Positions 1 to 11,712 are shown, numbered from the whole stretch's first letter. The stretch: DNA of 52,815 bases, filler included, from Sphacelaria rigidula (GCA_964200075.2; 4 parts of 4 records of this genome joined end to end with filler, not necessarily neighbours in it); one strand, 5' to 3'. Numbers and translations: made by a program. The notes: a model not told the origin generated them from the letters alone.

Positions 1-2109
1 GGTATTGATTCGTCACGAGTCGACTCATTATACTAAAACCAAGTAATCTTCAGACGAATCATGATTTGTCCGACCCCTGAACATTTCACAAACTACTTGG
101 TATTGAGATACCATCATCACATTCAATCATGTCAATGCGACAAGTTTGTTTTGTGCTATTTCGCTGTAGAAAGAGATGAGACCAACTCTCATTGGACCCG
201 TTCGAAATCAGAATCGCGCCCGATGTTGAACGAGATGTGAACACCCTACTCTTTTGCGAGAGAATCAGTGACGAGTTTGTAACAAAAGTGACTCCGACGA
301 TTTCGAACTTCGGTCAGCGGGCGGCCATCAGATCAAAATGGTTACCCCATTTTGAACTTCCGACCGAAATCGAGGAGCTGTTCAAAATCGGGTGAAGAGT
401 ATACTATGCAACATGTCATGTTTCGTGTTCTATTTTGCTGCAGCACAAACACACTCACGACTTCTCACATGCCCTGTAGCTGTGGGAATGTACTGTGGTG
501 TGTTCAGACCCCGCAACGACGGTTTGGTCTCCGCTGTGATTGACTGAGCTGCTGTTGCTGTGTTTCACCTGTACAGAACAATGTAGCTGGCACGCAGTAC
601 TGTCTTAGCGAAGTTGAAAACATCTTGATGTAGTATGATGAGCTTGTACCCTGCGAACACGGTTTGATCTTCGCTGGATATTGCCCGAATTGTGGTACTG
701 CTGTTGTGTCCCGGTCGGTACGACACTCGTAGTCGACACACAATCCTCCCTGCACACTGTTGAAAGCGTCATGGTGTGTTTTGGTATGGTGGACTGTGGC
801 CACTGTGCTTAGACAGTGTGGAGAGGCTCACAGAGTGACTGTTAAGTACAATGACCAGATATGAAGATAGTTTCAAGTGGCCAGAAACAGCAAGGTGTGG
901 AGAGTAAACAGGTGGGGGCGTGGACGGTGAATAAAGACGGATATCCTGCAAGACACGAATTTCTTACTGGAATTAGCCGGTGTTTTGTCTGCTTAATTCA
1001 TGGTGCCATCAGATATGTGTGCAACGATTCGATAACTTGTGAGTGTACAGTAACTAGAATGACGATAAACTATGGTGCGCATGTGCTGACCGTTACAGCA
1101 GCAGTACTATAATAATGCATCTTCTGTAACACGAACAAGGCGATCAAAATCTGTCATGTCGTTCATTTTCATCTTGTCCCGTAAAAACTTGGCCTGATGC
1201 AGTGAGTTTTCAACCGTAGCCCCTGAGTCACACATTCGGGCGGGCAAGGAGGTACGGAGTGATCGAACCGCTTCGGCTTAGTGTTCATACATAACACAAA
1301 TATATTGATTATTCGATACAGGGGAAGGACGTGAACATATCCCAGCAGCGACAAACGTCGTGAACACAGCAATCAGTGGAAGATATGCCGCAGACGAAAA
1401 CAGTAAAAAATACCTTACAACACGTTTTGGTCTCGAGTGGGATTTTCTAAGCTGCTGCACTGTTTTTGTGTTCCGATATGTGCAAAATAATTGTAGGCGG
1501 CCCTTAGTGATATCATTTCAACGTTGAAAATGCGACGATGTGCACAATGTGTTTGTTGAATGTTTCGTCTTTCGCAACGAACAAGGCGTTTCGCGCCCAC
1601 ACCCACCACTCCTAAGCTGTAGCTGACACTGCGGTGTTGTGCGATTGAACCCTGCGAAGACGGTTCAATCTGCCGTGGGCATTGCCGGAGATGCTGGACT
1701 GCTGCTGTGTTCTAGTCCGTCCGTACAGAATTGGGATGGGGACACAGTGCTGTCGATCCATACACGTTAAAAACCCCACGTGATGGCTGCGCCGTCGTTG
1801 TGTCTTCTTTGGGTGCTGTTGTCCAGGTACAAAACTCCTCACTTCCGATTTTGCACCATAACACGTGTTTGAGGCACCCGAAGGGGTGCCAGGCGTGCAG
1901 TGTGCATCTCTCGTTCCTATCCGTCCTGAAGGGCTACAGTAGCCATAGGTGTCGGCCAGGTGATCCGCGATGGGGTTGTATTCGATGTAGGATCCACGGC
2001 AGGTAGGCTTGATGCTTGAGCTGCGGATTGCCAAGTGGAACATTCTATCCCTTCCAGGTTCGTACTTGATTTATCATCCACGGCAGATGCCATCTGAGAA
2101 CACAGCATG

Positions 2110-3262
2110 TATCTTCGCGTGCAGCAGGAGACGATAGCTGCTTAAAGAACATCGGCAAGCTCATGGCATCATGTTGCCTACACATAGATGCATCAAGTAG
2201 CGCGAGGTACGCACTGTGGGCTGATATCAGCTTCTCGGAATCGATCGATCAAGGGGTGACCCATCGGTATAGAATCGACCGTAACAGGATCGGGATTAAT
2301 TAGGATCTGCGGCAGGTTCGGCGTTTTCCCTGTTTCTGAAGACGCAACATCAATTCTCGCTGCCGCAGGAGATAATCGCTGCTCTTAAGACATGGAAAAG
2401 CTCACAAACTCATTTTGCGTACACAGAGATGCATCGAGCGGTGCGGGATTCGCTCTGTGAGCTGTGATTGGTATAAAAATGACCGCAGTTCTTTTTTTTG
2501 TTCCTGTTCCTATTGTTTTCTGTTGCTTTGTTTTTTTTTCCTTAGAGCGTGTTTGAATTCCGTTTTTCTTGAGTATGTCTATCATGAGACCACGGCTGGA
2601 CCCCTGGGGGGTCAGTTAAAGTGCGACAATCAATCAATCAAGTAGGATTGTGTCTCATTTAGGATCTGCAGCAGGTTCGGCGTTTCGCCTGTAGCCCATC
2701 CTTTGAAGACGCAATATCGATTCTTGCATACCGCAGAAAACGATAGCTACCCGAATGACATGGGAGAGCTCACGAAATCCTCTTCCCTACACAGAGATGC
2801 ATCGACTGGCGCGGGACTCGCACTGTGAGCTGAGATCGGTATAAAGTTGACCGTTGCAGGATCGTGTTTGATTTAGGACTGGCGGTAGTTCCGGCGTTTC
2901 GCCTGTTGCCCGTCGTTTATAGACGCGACACCGTTTGTCGCATGCCGCAGAAGACGCTTTCGGCTCAAATGATACAGGAGAGCTCACGAGGTCATCTAGC
3001 CTACATGGAGATGCATCGAGTGGCATGAAATTCGCACTGTGGGCTGAATTCGGTATAAAATTGACCGTAACAGGATCATGTTCAAGTTAGTATCTGTTGC
3101 AGCTGCGGCGATCGTCCTCTTGTCTCAAGACGCATCATCGATTCCCGCACGCCGCAGAAGACGACAGCTGCTCAAACAACATAGGAGAGCTCACGAAAGC
3201 ATCGTGCCTACACAGAGATGAATCGAGTGGCGCGAAATTCGCACCGCGAGCTGAATCAGCGT
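2110..3262. repeat. Diverged tandem array, unit about 210 bp, about 5 copies
   Basis: The motif cgcag(a/g)agacgatagctgctc...ggagagctcacgaa...ctacacagagatgcatcgagtggcgcg...ttcgcactgtg(a/g)gctga recurs at about 2124, 2365, 2732, 2946 and 3153. One unit is interrupted by a retroposon tail. Confidence 0.85.
2488..2641 (+). mobile_element. 5'-truncated non-LTR retroposon 3' end with (CAAT)n tail
   Basis: Reads ...tctatcatgagaccacggctggacccctggggggtcagttaaagtgcgacaatcaatcaatcaa. The same 3' end occurs six times in the window with variable 5' ends. Confidence 0.75.
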
Positions 3263-3394
3263 TTGTCAATAGAACGACACACTTTTTTTATATATATTTT
3301 TGCTTACAGACTCGAATCTCCTATCAGAGTTTGAGAACCACTATTTGCGGGCAGTAAAGACTGGTTCAAGCGAGGAGAGTACGCTGTAAAGAAG

Positions 3395-4090
3395 ACGAGT
3401 CGCGCCTGCGACACCGTCTGACTCGGGCCATGTTGAGGCAAGGGCACAGTCTGATTAACTCGTGGGATGATGGAGGTGACGTGCTCCGGCTATCATTGGG
3501 AACTGACGTTTCTTTTTATGTTGGGCATCAAAACTATTTGCATGCAGTAATGGCAAGATCCAAAAGGGTTCCGGTCTTACACGAGGGGGTGCTGCCTTCA
3601 AGAGAGAGGTGGCATGCAAATGCACAAGAACTCTGAGTCGCGAGCAGCCGACCGCGTGGATCTTCCCTTCAAGGCGCACAAAGGGAACCGGAAAATGACC
3701 AGGCACTATTCTCTCTCGGGACCGTTTGCTACCACAACCTCGCAAGCAATTATCAGATATTGGGCGAGCATTAGGCACCCGCGGCGGCGGGCTAGACGTA
3801 TCACTCGCTCTAATGATGGTACACCCAGAGTTGGACACCAGCGCCTCGCTGGTGACATACGCATCACCGTCAACGTGGAAAGCGTGGTTGCGTGATTAGG
3901 CAGCGAGAGTATCACGCGCAACTGTACAGCAGCACGGCGCAGGCTGCTCTGAATACGCGCTTCATTCGGGACGCAGAGGTGGTGCAACTCGCCTTGCGGC
4001 GGCCGGCATCCTATCAGCAGTAAGTCAACGGGAAGGCCGTTAGCATAGTGGTGCCTTCATGGAATAAGTGAGGGTCAACTTGGAGGACTT
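3395..4090 (+). pseudogene. Degenerate tyrosine recombinase, DIRS/Ngaro-type retroelement relic
   Basis: 3951-4090 translates EYALHSGRRGGATRLAAAGILSAVSQREGR*HSGAFME*VRVNLED, the HxxR...GRWxS...Y catalytic region with W and Y replaced by TAG (4041) and TAA (4065). Upstream frameshifted pieces are RLRHRLTRAMLRQG..W..GGDVL, FLCWASKLFA and ADRVDLPFKAHKGNR. Confidence 0.8.
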
Positions 4091-4183
4091 TCCTTCGTCG
4101 GCCGTGAAGTCGGATTTTGTGCACCCACGACATAGTAGTCGAGTCCAATGTTGGGCATGATGTGAGAAAAATCCCAGATCGCG
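4089..4183 (-). mobile_element. Fragment of tRNA-derived SINE
   Basis: Matches the body of the copies at 4470-4810 and 42064-42440 and truncates the recombinase relic. Confidence 0.7.
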
Positions 4184-4469
4184 TGACCTAGGGTGCGAAG
4201 ATCAGTACAAACTTTAATATAGCACCTGAATCGCTGCGAGAGTCGTGACTTGTAGTTTGGGGTCGATCCGGGCGATCTTATGGAAACTAAACAAAACTAA
4301 TCAAAAACAACATGCGCGAGACAAACTGAAGGCAAGAACAGGGAAAGCGTAGTAGAGAAGTCACCCTTGCCAAGTGGCTGGTCAAGCGATATTGGAAAAA
4401 TGAATGGTGCGAAGTGAGAAACGATGTGCATGGACCGCACGAGGCCTAGAGTGAAATTGAAGGAGGACG

Positions 4470-4810
4470 TGTGTGTGGGTGCGTTGTCGTCCCTTCTATT
4501 CTGGACGCCGGTCTACACCTTTCGGTATATGTGGGCGAACCGGCTGGGGTCACACATGAGCTTCATTCTTCTTTGTTTTTGTTTTTAGTACCCCACCTTC
4601 CTTCTGCGGTGCTTGCCTTTATTTTTCTCGCGCGAGGATTTCAGCAGTCCCTTTCCCTCGTCGATGGTCTAGTCGAATTTTGTGTACCCACGACATAGTC
4701 GCTCTCCAGTGTTGGGCATGGTGTGAGAAAAAATCCCAGATCGCTCCGAGAATTGAACCCACGACCCAACCGTCAGAAGGTCTCAAGGTTACTAACTGAG
4801 CCACCGGGGA
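4470..4810 (-). mobile_element. tRNA-derived SINE, near full length
   Basis: Minus strand starts ccccggTGGCTCAGTTAGtaacc...gtgGGTTCAATTCTcg (pol III A and B boxes), then a body shared with 42064-42440, and ends in a CA-rich tail. Confidence 0.8.
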
Positions 4811-5531
4811 AACCGGCTCTGCTTGGAAAAAACACGAGCAGCCAAGATGATTGAAGACTATTGCACTGAAAGTTAACGCTGACATCAGCGAAGGTGACGA
4901 GCGCCTTCCATGCGCTCCGCCAAAGTGGAGATACCCTGACGATAGGTGGGGGATGAAAAGAGTAGGGTACGGGTAGTATTATGGAGGACCCACGGGATGG
5001 CACAGAAGCAGCGAACTACCTTACGAACGCTCCTCCCTTGTATGCGAAACAAAACCTGACTTCACATACGTTCGTCCTACATGCAGACTCCTACTGTTGA
5101 AGAAAAGACAACTCTGCCAAAACGGGGTGTCTCATGTAAGTCACGTCCTGTAGGGATGCGCGGCATTCCCACAACTAGCGCTACTTTCAAATTGTTTCGA
5201 TGAAGGACGGCGGTCCGTACGTTGTTTGAGGTGGCTGAATCGAATGAAGACCGTTCGATAGGGAGTAGTCTGGCAATCGTCCTTCCTCCGTAGAGCAACG
5301 CAAGGAAAATGACGTAACAGCATTTGCATACCCGCGATAGCAGCTAGACTGTTGATGAGGCAAGCGACTACAAAGGTAGTTGTGACGCTGTTGGTTCCGC
5401 TGTGATGGCATTTCTTGTTGCGGGTGCCACAAGAGTGGACCTGTACCTTCAAAGTTCTGGTGACCGGGGCTGCGGAGCTCAGTACAAACGCGAGCGTCTG
5501 AGTTGTGCGTTTTGTCATTGATCTATTCAGC

Positions 5532-6132
5532 ACGCCAGTCTACACCTTTCGGTATATGTGCGCCCGTCAGCCGGGGTCACACAGGAGGAAGGTCAACACA
5601 GGAGTCTCTCCATTTGTTTTTGTTTTGAGTTCTCCACTTTCCCCCCGCGGTGCTTGCCTTCACTAGTCATTTTTTATCGCGAGGAGGGTTCAGCGGCCCT
5701 TTCCCCTCGTCGATTGTAAAGTCGGAATTTGTACACGTCGGACAGCTCATGAGCTACCTCATAATAATTAATCGAGGATGACTCTCAGATCCCAAGAGCA
5801 CAAAGTACGCGACTGCGGTGTTCAAGAAGCCAAGGCGGTACTTTTGCGCTACTCCGCGTGCGCGGCGTCCAGCGCCGTCTGGAGCAAATATGGAAAATGG
5901 GGGCCAGATGAGCTAGCTTAGAATCCAGATCGGTACACTTAAAACAAGTAGTGTTTAGGTAGCTCATGAGCTGTCCGACGTGTGGCACTTTGTGTACCCG
6001 CGAAGAAGTCGTTCTCCACTGTTGGGCATGATGTAAGAGAAAAAAAAAAAATGGTGGGACTTCACCAAGATTTGAACCCACGTCCCAGCCGTCAGAAGAT
6101 ATCGAGGATACAAACAGAGCCTCCGCGGCGAC
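5532..6132 (-). mobile_element. tRNA-derived SINE interrupted by a MITE
   Basis: 5532-5730 and 5990-6132 are consecutive parts of the SINE, separated by the 5733-5983 insertion. Confidence 0.75.
5733..5983. mobile_element. MITE with perfect 27-bp TIR
   Basis: acacgtcggacagctcatgagctacct (5733-5759) and its exact reverse complement (5957-5983). Confidence 0.8.
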
Positions 6133-6522
6133 TGGATCACCCCGATGTACCCCCGAATATATGTCGCGGTTCTAGCAGCTACTCAGCACAGCACTCCGAG
6201 CAAGTCCCCGGCTTCATCTATCAAGGGGGTGAAAGGAGAGTGCGAGGCAACCGATCACCTACTGATGTGGCTGGCGTGGCAGCTTCTCCCCATATCTATG
6301 CCAACTACAGATAAGGTGTAGCGGCAAACCTGGCTACGACTTTTGGTTGGTTCGGACAACGAAGAAGCTGCCATACTAGCCACATCATGTGGTGATAGGC
6401 TGCCTCGCACTTTCCTCTTACCCCCTGACTTGGTAGATGAAGACGAGGCTTGATCCGAGAGTTACGTGCTGAGTAGCGACTAGAACCACCACCTGTATTT
6501 GGCGGTAAATCGGGGTGATCCA
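6133..6522. repeat. Long imperfect inverted repeat (foldback), arms about 155 bp
   Basis: Ends are tggatcaccccgat and atcggggtgatcca. The arms give homologous translations on opposite strands (DHPDVPPNICRGSSSYSA vs DHPDLPPNTGGGSSRYSA). Confidence 0.8.
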
Positions 6523-8562
6523 TGGGGGATTAAATTGGGCACAGGGTCCCCAGAAAGGGGTAAAAATTATGAGTTTCAACATTTTTGGGTCAATCAGAGC
6601 CTTCAAAAGCACGAAAATGCCGGGATCTTCCACTCATCACACGAGAGCTATGATATGTGTATGAGTGACAAAATAATTTGATTGGCCCACACGATGCGCC
6701 GCTGCGAGACAGACAGCTGCGACAATCAGTCGCTGAGGATACAGCTCTCCGTGCTGGCTCAAATTGTTCACCCCAACCTGCAGGCACCCCTTTTTTGCAT
6801 ATTCCCCCATCACAACACCCGACTACAGCGTAAGTATCGAAGAAGACACAACGTACTGCTGCACAGCCATCTCGTGATTTCTTCAACTTTGTATAGATAG
6901 CACTTTGGTCCCACCCCAATTCTGTGTAGACCGGAGCGCGGCAACAGTACAGCAGTTCACGCACTCTCCAGCGCAGATAAACCGTGTTCTTAGAGAGTTC
7001 AAACACACCACAGCGCGGGGACTACAGCAAAGAAATGGCAGGTGTGGGCAGCGCCTTGCTCGTTTTACGGAAGACGAAACAGCCAACACACCATGAAGTT
7101 TTGAACGGTCATCATGTACAACAAGGCAGCACTGGGTACCCATTACCATTATGTTCTATAGAGACCACACCTTGCGCACAAGGTCTAAACACGGCAGTAC
7201 AGTGAAACAGGATATGTTCCATGTTTGAGTTTTCTCCCTCATTTCGAAAGGGTCCTCAATTTTAGCCGGGGGCCGATTTGAACGCTCGGTCATAACCGCA
7301 CTTCGAGCGACAATATATTAATTCACTGTGTGCGTCTGCCCCAGCGGAGACCAAACCGTCCGCACAACGTCTAAACACCGCAGTACAGTGACAGCTGCAG
7401 CACATGAGAGGGCGTGAGTGTATTTGTGCTGCAGTACAACAGTAAAACAGGATATGTTCCATGTTTTAGTTCTCTCCCTAATTTCGAACGGGTCGTCAAT
7501 TTTAGCCAGGCGCCGATTTTGAACGCTCGGTCATAATCGTACTTCGGGCGACAATATGTTAAGTCACTATGTGAGTTACCCCCATCTGTGGGAGGTGTGC
7601 CAAAAGTTGTGCCGTATTTGCGGGAAGACGTAGAAAACGCGCGCAGCACAATGTTGTCCCTTTTTAATAACGTGAAGGCATTTTATAGCGATAATAATTC
7701 ACTATCAGCGGCGTCCATCGGATACGATCATGCTCCAAGGCCAAAATATGCTTAGACTAAGAAGGAGCAGACATCCTTGGAAGAGACGGATCCACATCAG
7801 CAAGGCAAGGTGGCGCATTAGACCTCTGCACAGGCCGAGGCAGCAGGATGGGAAATGATGCATATCACAGAGGAGGGAGGAGAACTTAATACACGAGGTG
7901 TTTTGCGGTGGAGTAGTACACGACGAAGTTGCCCCTGTGCTCTACTAGCCTTCAGCACTAGTACTGTCGTAGTGACTGTCCGACACGAACTACGCCAGGG
8001 CAGGACTGGAGTACCCACCATCCATCCGTGAAAATTTGAAATTGAAACTTGCAATCTGTCCTTTTCTGGAACCAAGTGAAACCTTAAAAAAACTCCTCAA
8101 AAGAGCAATGAGACCATTGTCGGAGGGAGGTCAAGATATTGACGAGGGAGCGCCTGCTGAACGAATTTTCCGTTGATTCTGCTATTGATTGAAAATACCA
8201 CAGCAACCGCTCTTATCCTCATGAGACCGTCGTGGTATCCGGCTACGTAATTCTGGCGCTGTCTGGGAGGAGACATCGCCCCCTCCCCGAACAGCTCCAG
8301 CCTCGTCCGCCGAGAACCCGGCGTGCTTCGTCGCGGCTTTGTAGGGGCGGACCCTCGATGGGGTTGGCGTCGGTTGGCGATGACGCTGTAAACACGTCAC
8401 TCACTGCGTAAGCTAGGCAGCCAGGTTATCGATTTTTTTTGCGCGCATGCGCTTTTTTTCGGTAACAATGATGGTAGTCGAGCTACTGTAGATCATACTG
8501 TGCGGTGTGGGAGAACCTCATCTCCGCAAAAAAGTGGGTGATCGTACTACGTAGTGCTTAAA

Positions 8563-8910
8563 TGGTGAGACACCCATCAAGTGTATAAGCCGTGGCGGTC
8601 TCTGGAAGTAGCGATACCAGAAAATAAAGTACTTTGTAACTCATTGTAGGCTGTCGTCCAAATGCAAGATAATCAATAGGCTTCGGGCCGAACAATCTTA
8701 GCAGGATGCAGCTCCCCCTTCAGGCGACTAGCACACCAAGGCGCTTCGCGCTTGGTGATTGAGTGCGGGCCTGGTCCGGTGAAAACCCTGCGTGCTCCGT
8801 CCAGGCTTTGTAGGGATGCGAGGTCGATGGTCTCATCACTATGGCATGCATGACCATGAGTACACTCGAGGAGCTCCACAGTGATCCTTCGCACAAGACA
8901 CTCTGTTGAC
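8563..8910 (+). repeat. Dispersed repeat family, class unknown
   Basis: Homologous to 39270-39587 (same strand) and to 39688-39886 and 13230-13300 (opposite strand). Three of the copies sit at contig ends. Confidence 0.75.
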
Positions 8911-9032
8911 CTTAGCTTGGCTGTATGGGGGTATCTTGCGCGATACAGCGTACAGGGTTGCGCCAAAAGAGAAAAAAGTAAAATGTATGCACATTTTCGC
9001 GTACAAGAGTTATCGTATAAAATATCAGCTTA

Positions 9033-9160
9033 GATTGATTGTCGCACTCTAACTGACCCCCCAGGGGTCCAGCCGTGGACTCATGATAGATGTAACCAAG
9101 AAAAACAAAACTGAAACACTCGCTGAAGAAAAAAAGGAACAGAAGGAAAAAAAAATGACT
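9033..9160 (-). mobile_element. (CAAT)n-tailed retroposon 3' fragment
   Basis: gattgattgtcgcactctaactgaccccccaggggtccagccgtgg is the reverse complement of the 2488-2641 family. Confidence 0.75.
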
Positions 9161-10334
9161 GAGATCAGCATCCTCAAAGTAGGTATAATCCACACGAGCG
9201 AGGAGCCTCTCGGGGAGGACCTACGGCCCAACACGCAGCATATATGAGAAGCTGTGTTTAAGGCTATAGATCGTCGGCGCAACTTGCAGGCTGAAAACGT
9301 GATTATGTCACGCGTCCGGTGGTGTGCATGGTGTTGCTCGATAAGGGTGCCTTGCGGGCCCCATGGTACACAGATAGTTGGCGGCCACGGTTCGCGTTCC
9401 CGCCCGTCACCACACCTAGGGTGTAGTACATGGAGTATGCACGCGCAAGTCCACTAACTTCGATACCTTGAGCGGCTGGGCGGCCGATGTAGTAGCAAAC
9501 TGACAACGGTGACCCTTTCTGGATCATGACCATCGGTAGTGTACCGATCGGCGTATAGTCTGTAGAGGTGCTCAGTTAATGACGCACGGCCCTACGTGCG
9601 TTGTACCCGCTCCAAGGCGCTGAAACTTTGGTCATACGTTATGCGAACCACAGCCAACAGTTCCCCGTCGCTATATCTGGTGCTGTGCACTGTAGCAGGG
9701 CGGATTAGAGGGGAAAATTGTCCGATTCTGTTCCGAAATACATATGTGTATATTTTGGCGCCGCACTGGTATAAAAGCCAAGATAATCTCCCTGTAAGAC
9801 ATGGCAAACTTCAACTGGTGATTATTTGTTATTTCCCGTCTTGGTGCCAGCCTCGACTGACAGGGGGCCAACGTAAACAACAGTGCTGGCAAGATCTGCC
9901 CCTGCCTCTGCGCGGACTTCATATCATTTCCCTCTAAAGCTGTCATCATAAGTAAACTAAATTTCGGAATCACCGCAGCATCCTTGCAGCATCGTGAATA
10001 AAAATCTTCCAAGTCAAGTAGCGCACAAAACGCCTTGGGTCGCCGAAACTGCTGCGGGAACAACTACCTGCAGCTTCAAGCCGCACATACGTCAAGTTAC
10101 AGTATCATCAGCCGCCAGGCATGCTGTGTTTGGGCGCCTAATCTCCGAAAAAATCGCCTCCATATTATTGAAAAAGAGTAACATCGGGCAAGGAGGCGGA
10201 CGAGATGAGCTTCCCCATTAGCGGTATTTGGTATTTGTTGTCATGGATACCAAGTGAAATTCGAGCACTTGTCGCTTGTCACATTCAGGTACTCTTCAAG
10301 CTCCAGGAATAGCCAGGGGAAAAGGTGGACAGTT

Positions 10335-10942
10335 TCAAGTACACCTGCTGGACCTGCAATCGTGACCAGGTACTTTTCCGTCTTGGCCAATCAGATGGCC
10401 GCATTTGAGGCAAGTGGTACTGCTTTTGTACGTGCCGGAGCTGTCCGTTAACTCTTAGACCTCGAGGGTAGTCTGTCTGGATCATGTACACTTTTTTCAA
10501 GTGAAATTGATGGCGATTCAAGAGATGACCTACTCTCGACGTCTAAGGGTTAAGTTGTCCCATACGCGCTCAGGTATACCTGAAGATGATCATCAATTCA
10601 AAATCGACCTATTCGATGGTTCGGTAGGAAAGAAAACGAAGACGGTGACTATGCACAAACACATCGAGGACATGATGCCAACGATTGCCGAACAGCCAAC
10701 TGGATGATCCACATTTTTTTGTGAACAATATGTTGGGTACATGTGTATAGTATATCACTCACATGACATGTGCCATGGGGGGAGGCGAGGTCGTGGAGAA
10801 GGCCCCTGTTCACGGCCTCGCGCGCGTGCCCTCTGCAGCAATAGTCGTGAACAATGTGGTCCTTGACGTAGGGGCGCCTCGAGCACTCCGGCAGTCCGCA
10901 CGTGGGTCCCGGGGGAATACCGTAGTGAGCGAACTGGGCCAT
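10335..10942 (-). CDS. Putative small Cys/His-rich (zinc-binding-like) protein; exons 10942-10763, 10608-10580, 10440-10335
   Basis: Exon 1 is MAQFAHYGIPPGPTCGLPECSRRPYVKDHIVHDYCCRGHAREAVNRGLLHDLASPHGTCH followed by a GTGAGT donor. A 29-nt tag/gtatac-bounded exon and a cag-preceded exon continue in frame to ...CLKCGHLIGQDGKVPGHDCRSSRCT*. Exon 1 is better supported than exons 2-3. Confidence 0.5.
10452..10549. mobile_element. piggyBac-type MITE (98 bp, TTAA-flanked)
   Basis: TTAA|ctcttagac...gtctaaggg|TTAA. Same family as the copies at 37664, 37770, 50435 and 51306. Confidence 0.8.
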
Positions 10943-11540
10943 ATTTTTATCTACTACTTTTTTGCAAACACTTCGATCGTTATTGTGTGAACAATGTTCC
11001 AAGAGAACACCAAAATGATACCGCGTAGCAACACGGCGTGGCCGGGACTGCAGCACATGTTTGTATCGCAGGACAAATTATTATGGGGTGCAGACCCGCG
11101 ATCCGGAAGTCTAATTCACCGTACCATCATTATCCTGGAGAGACATACAGCCGTCCTTGTATTCGAGTAATATTCAGATAGTGTTTTAGACACTTATATT
11201 AGCCCTTTCTTATCTCTTCACCATACGTCGAAGGTTTGGTTAAACGCGACGACCACCTTTCACATGTAATGACATGCACGTACAGTTGTTTGGTGAGTGA
11301 TAACGTTAACATTGTCAAATAGAAGGAGGCGTTTCATGAGGGGAAGATTACGTTTTTGGCTCTGAAAAAAGCGGAGATCTAGCCCCATGGATGTTCCTCT
11401 ATTATAGCAACAGACAATGCAGTGCAGTACGACACACCACCTTGAGCGTCCACGCAGCCCAGCCCGTGTAGACAGGTAGTGTCCACACAGGCCAACCCGG
11501 GCGGATCAATACGTACTCCAGGGTTATTCAATCTGCTATA

Positions 11541-11712
11541 ATGGCTTACGAGCAGCAAATCGCAACGGCAGCAGTAGCTGCAGCAACAGCTGACAACAGC
11601 AGGTCTGATATCCAACCGACGGACCTGATATCCGAGAAGGCCAGCGGCATCGCCCCATCACCCGCCATGGATCTGGCGAGATGCATCAGCTTGGACGACT
11701 TCCAGCGACAGG
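11541..11712 (+). CDS. FMN-dependent alpha-hydroxy acid oxidase/dehydrogenase (glycolate oxidase family), exon 1
   Basis: MAYEQQ...DLARCISLDDFQRQ, then a GTAGGC donor at 11713 (phase 1) that joins the next exon in frame. Confidence 0.8.

Noticed and set aside
2110..3262. CRISPR-like array
   Set aside because: Whole units are homologous with no unique spacers, there are no cas genes, and the context is eukaryotic.
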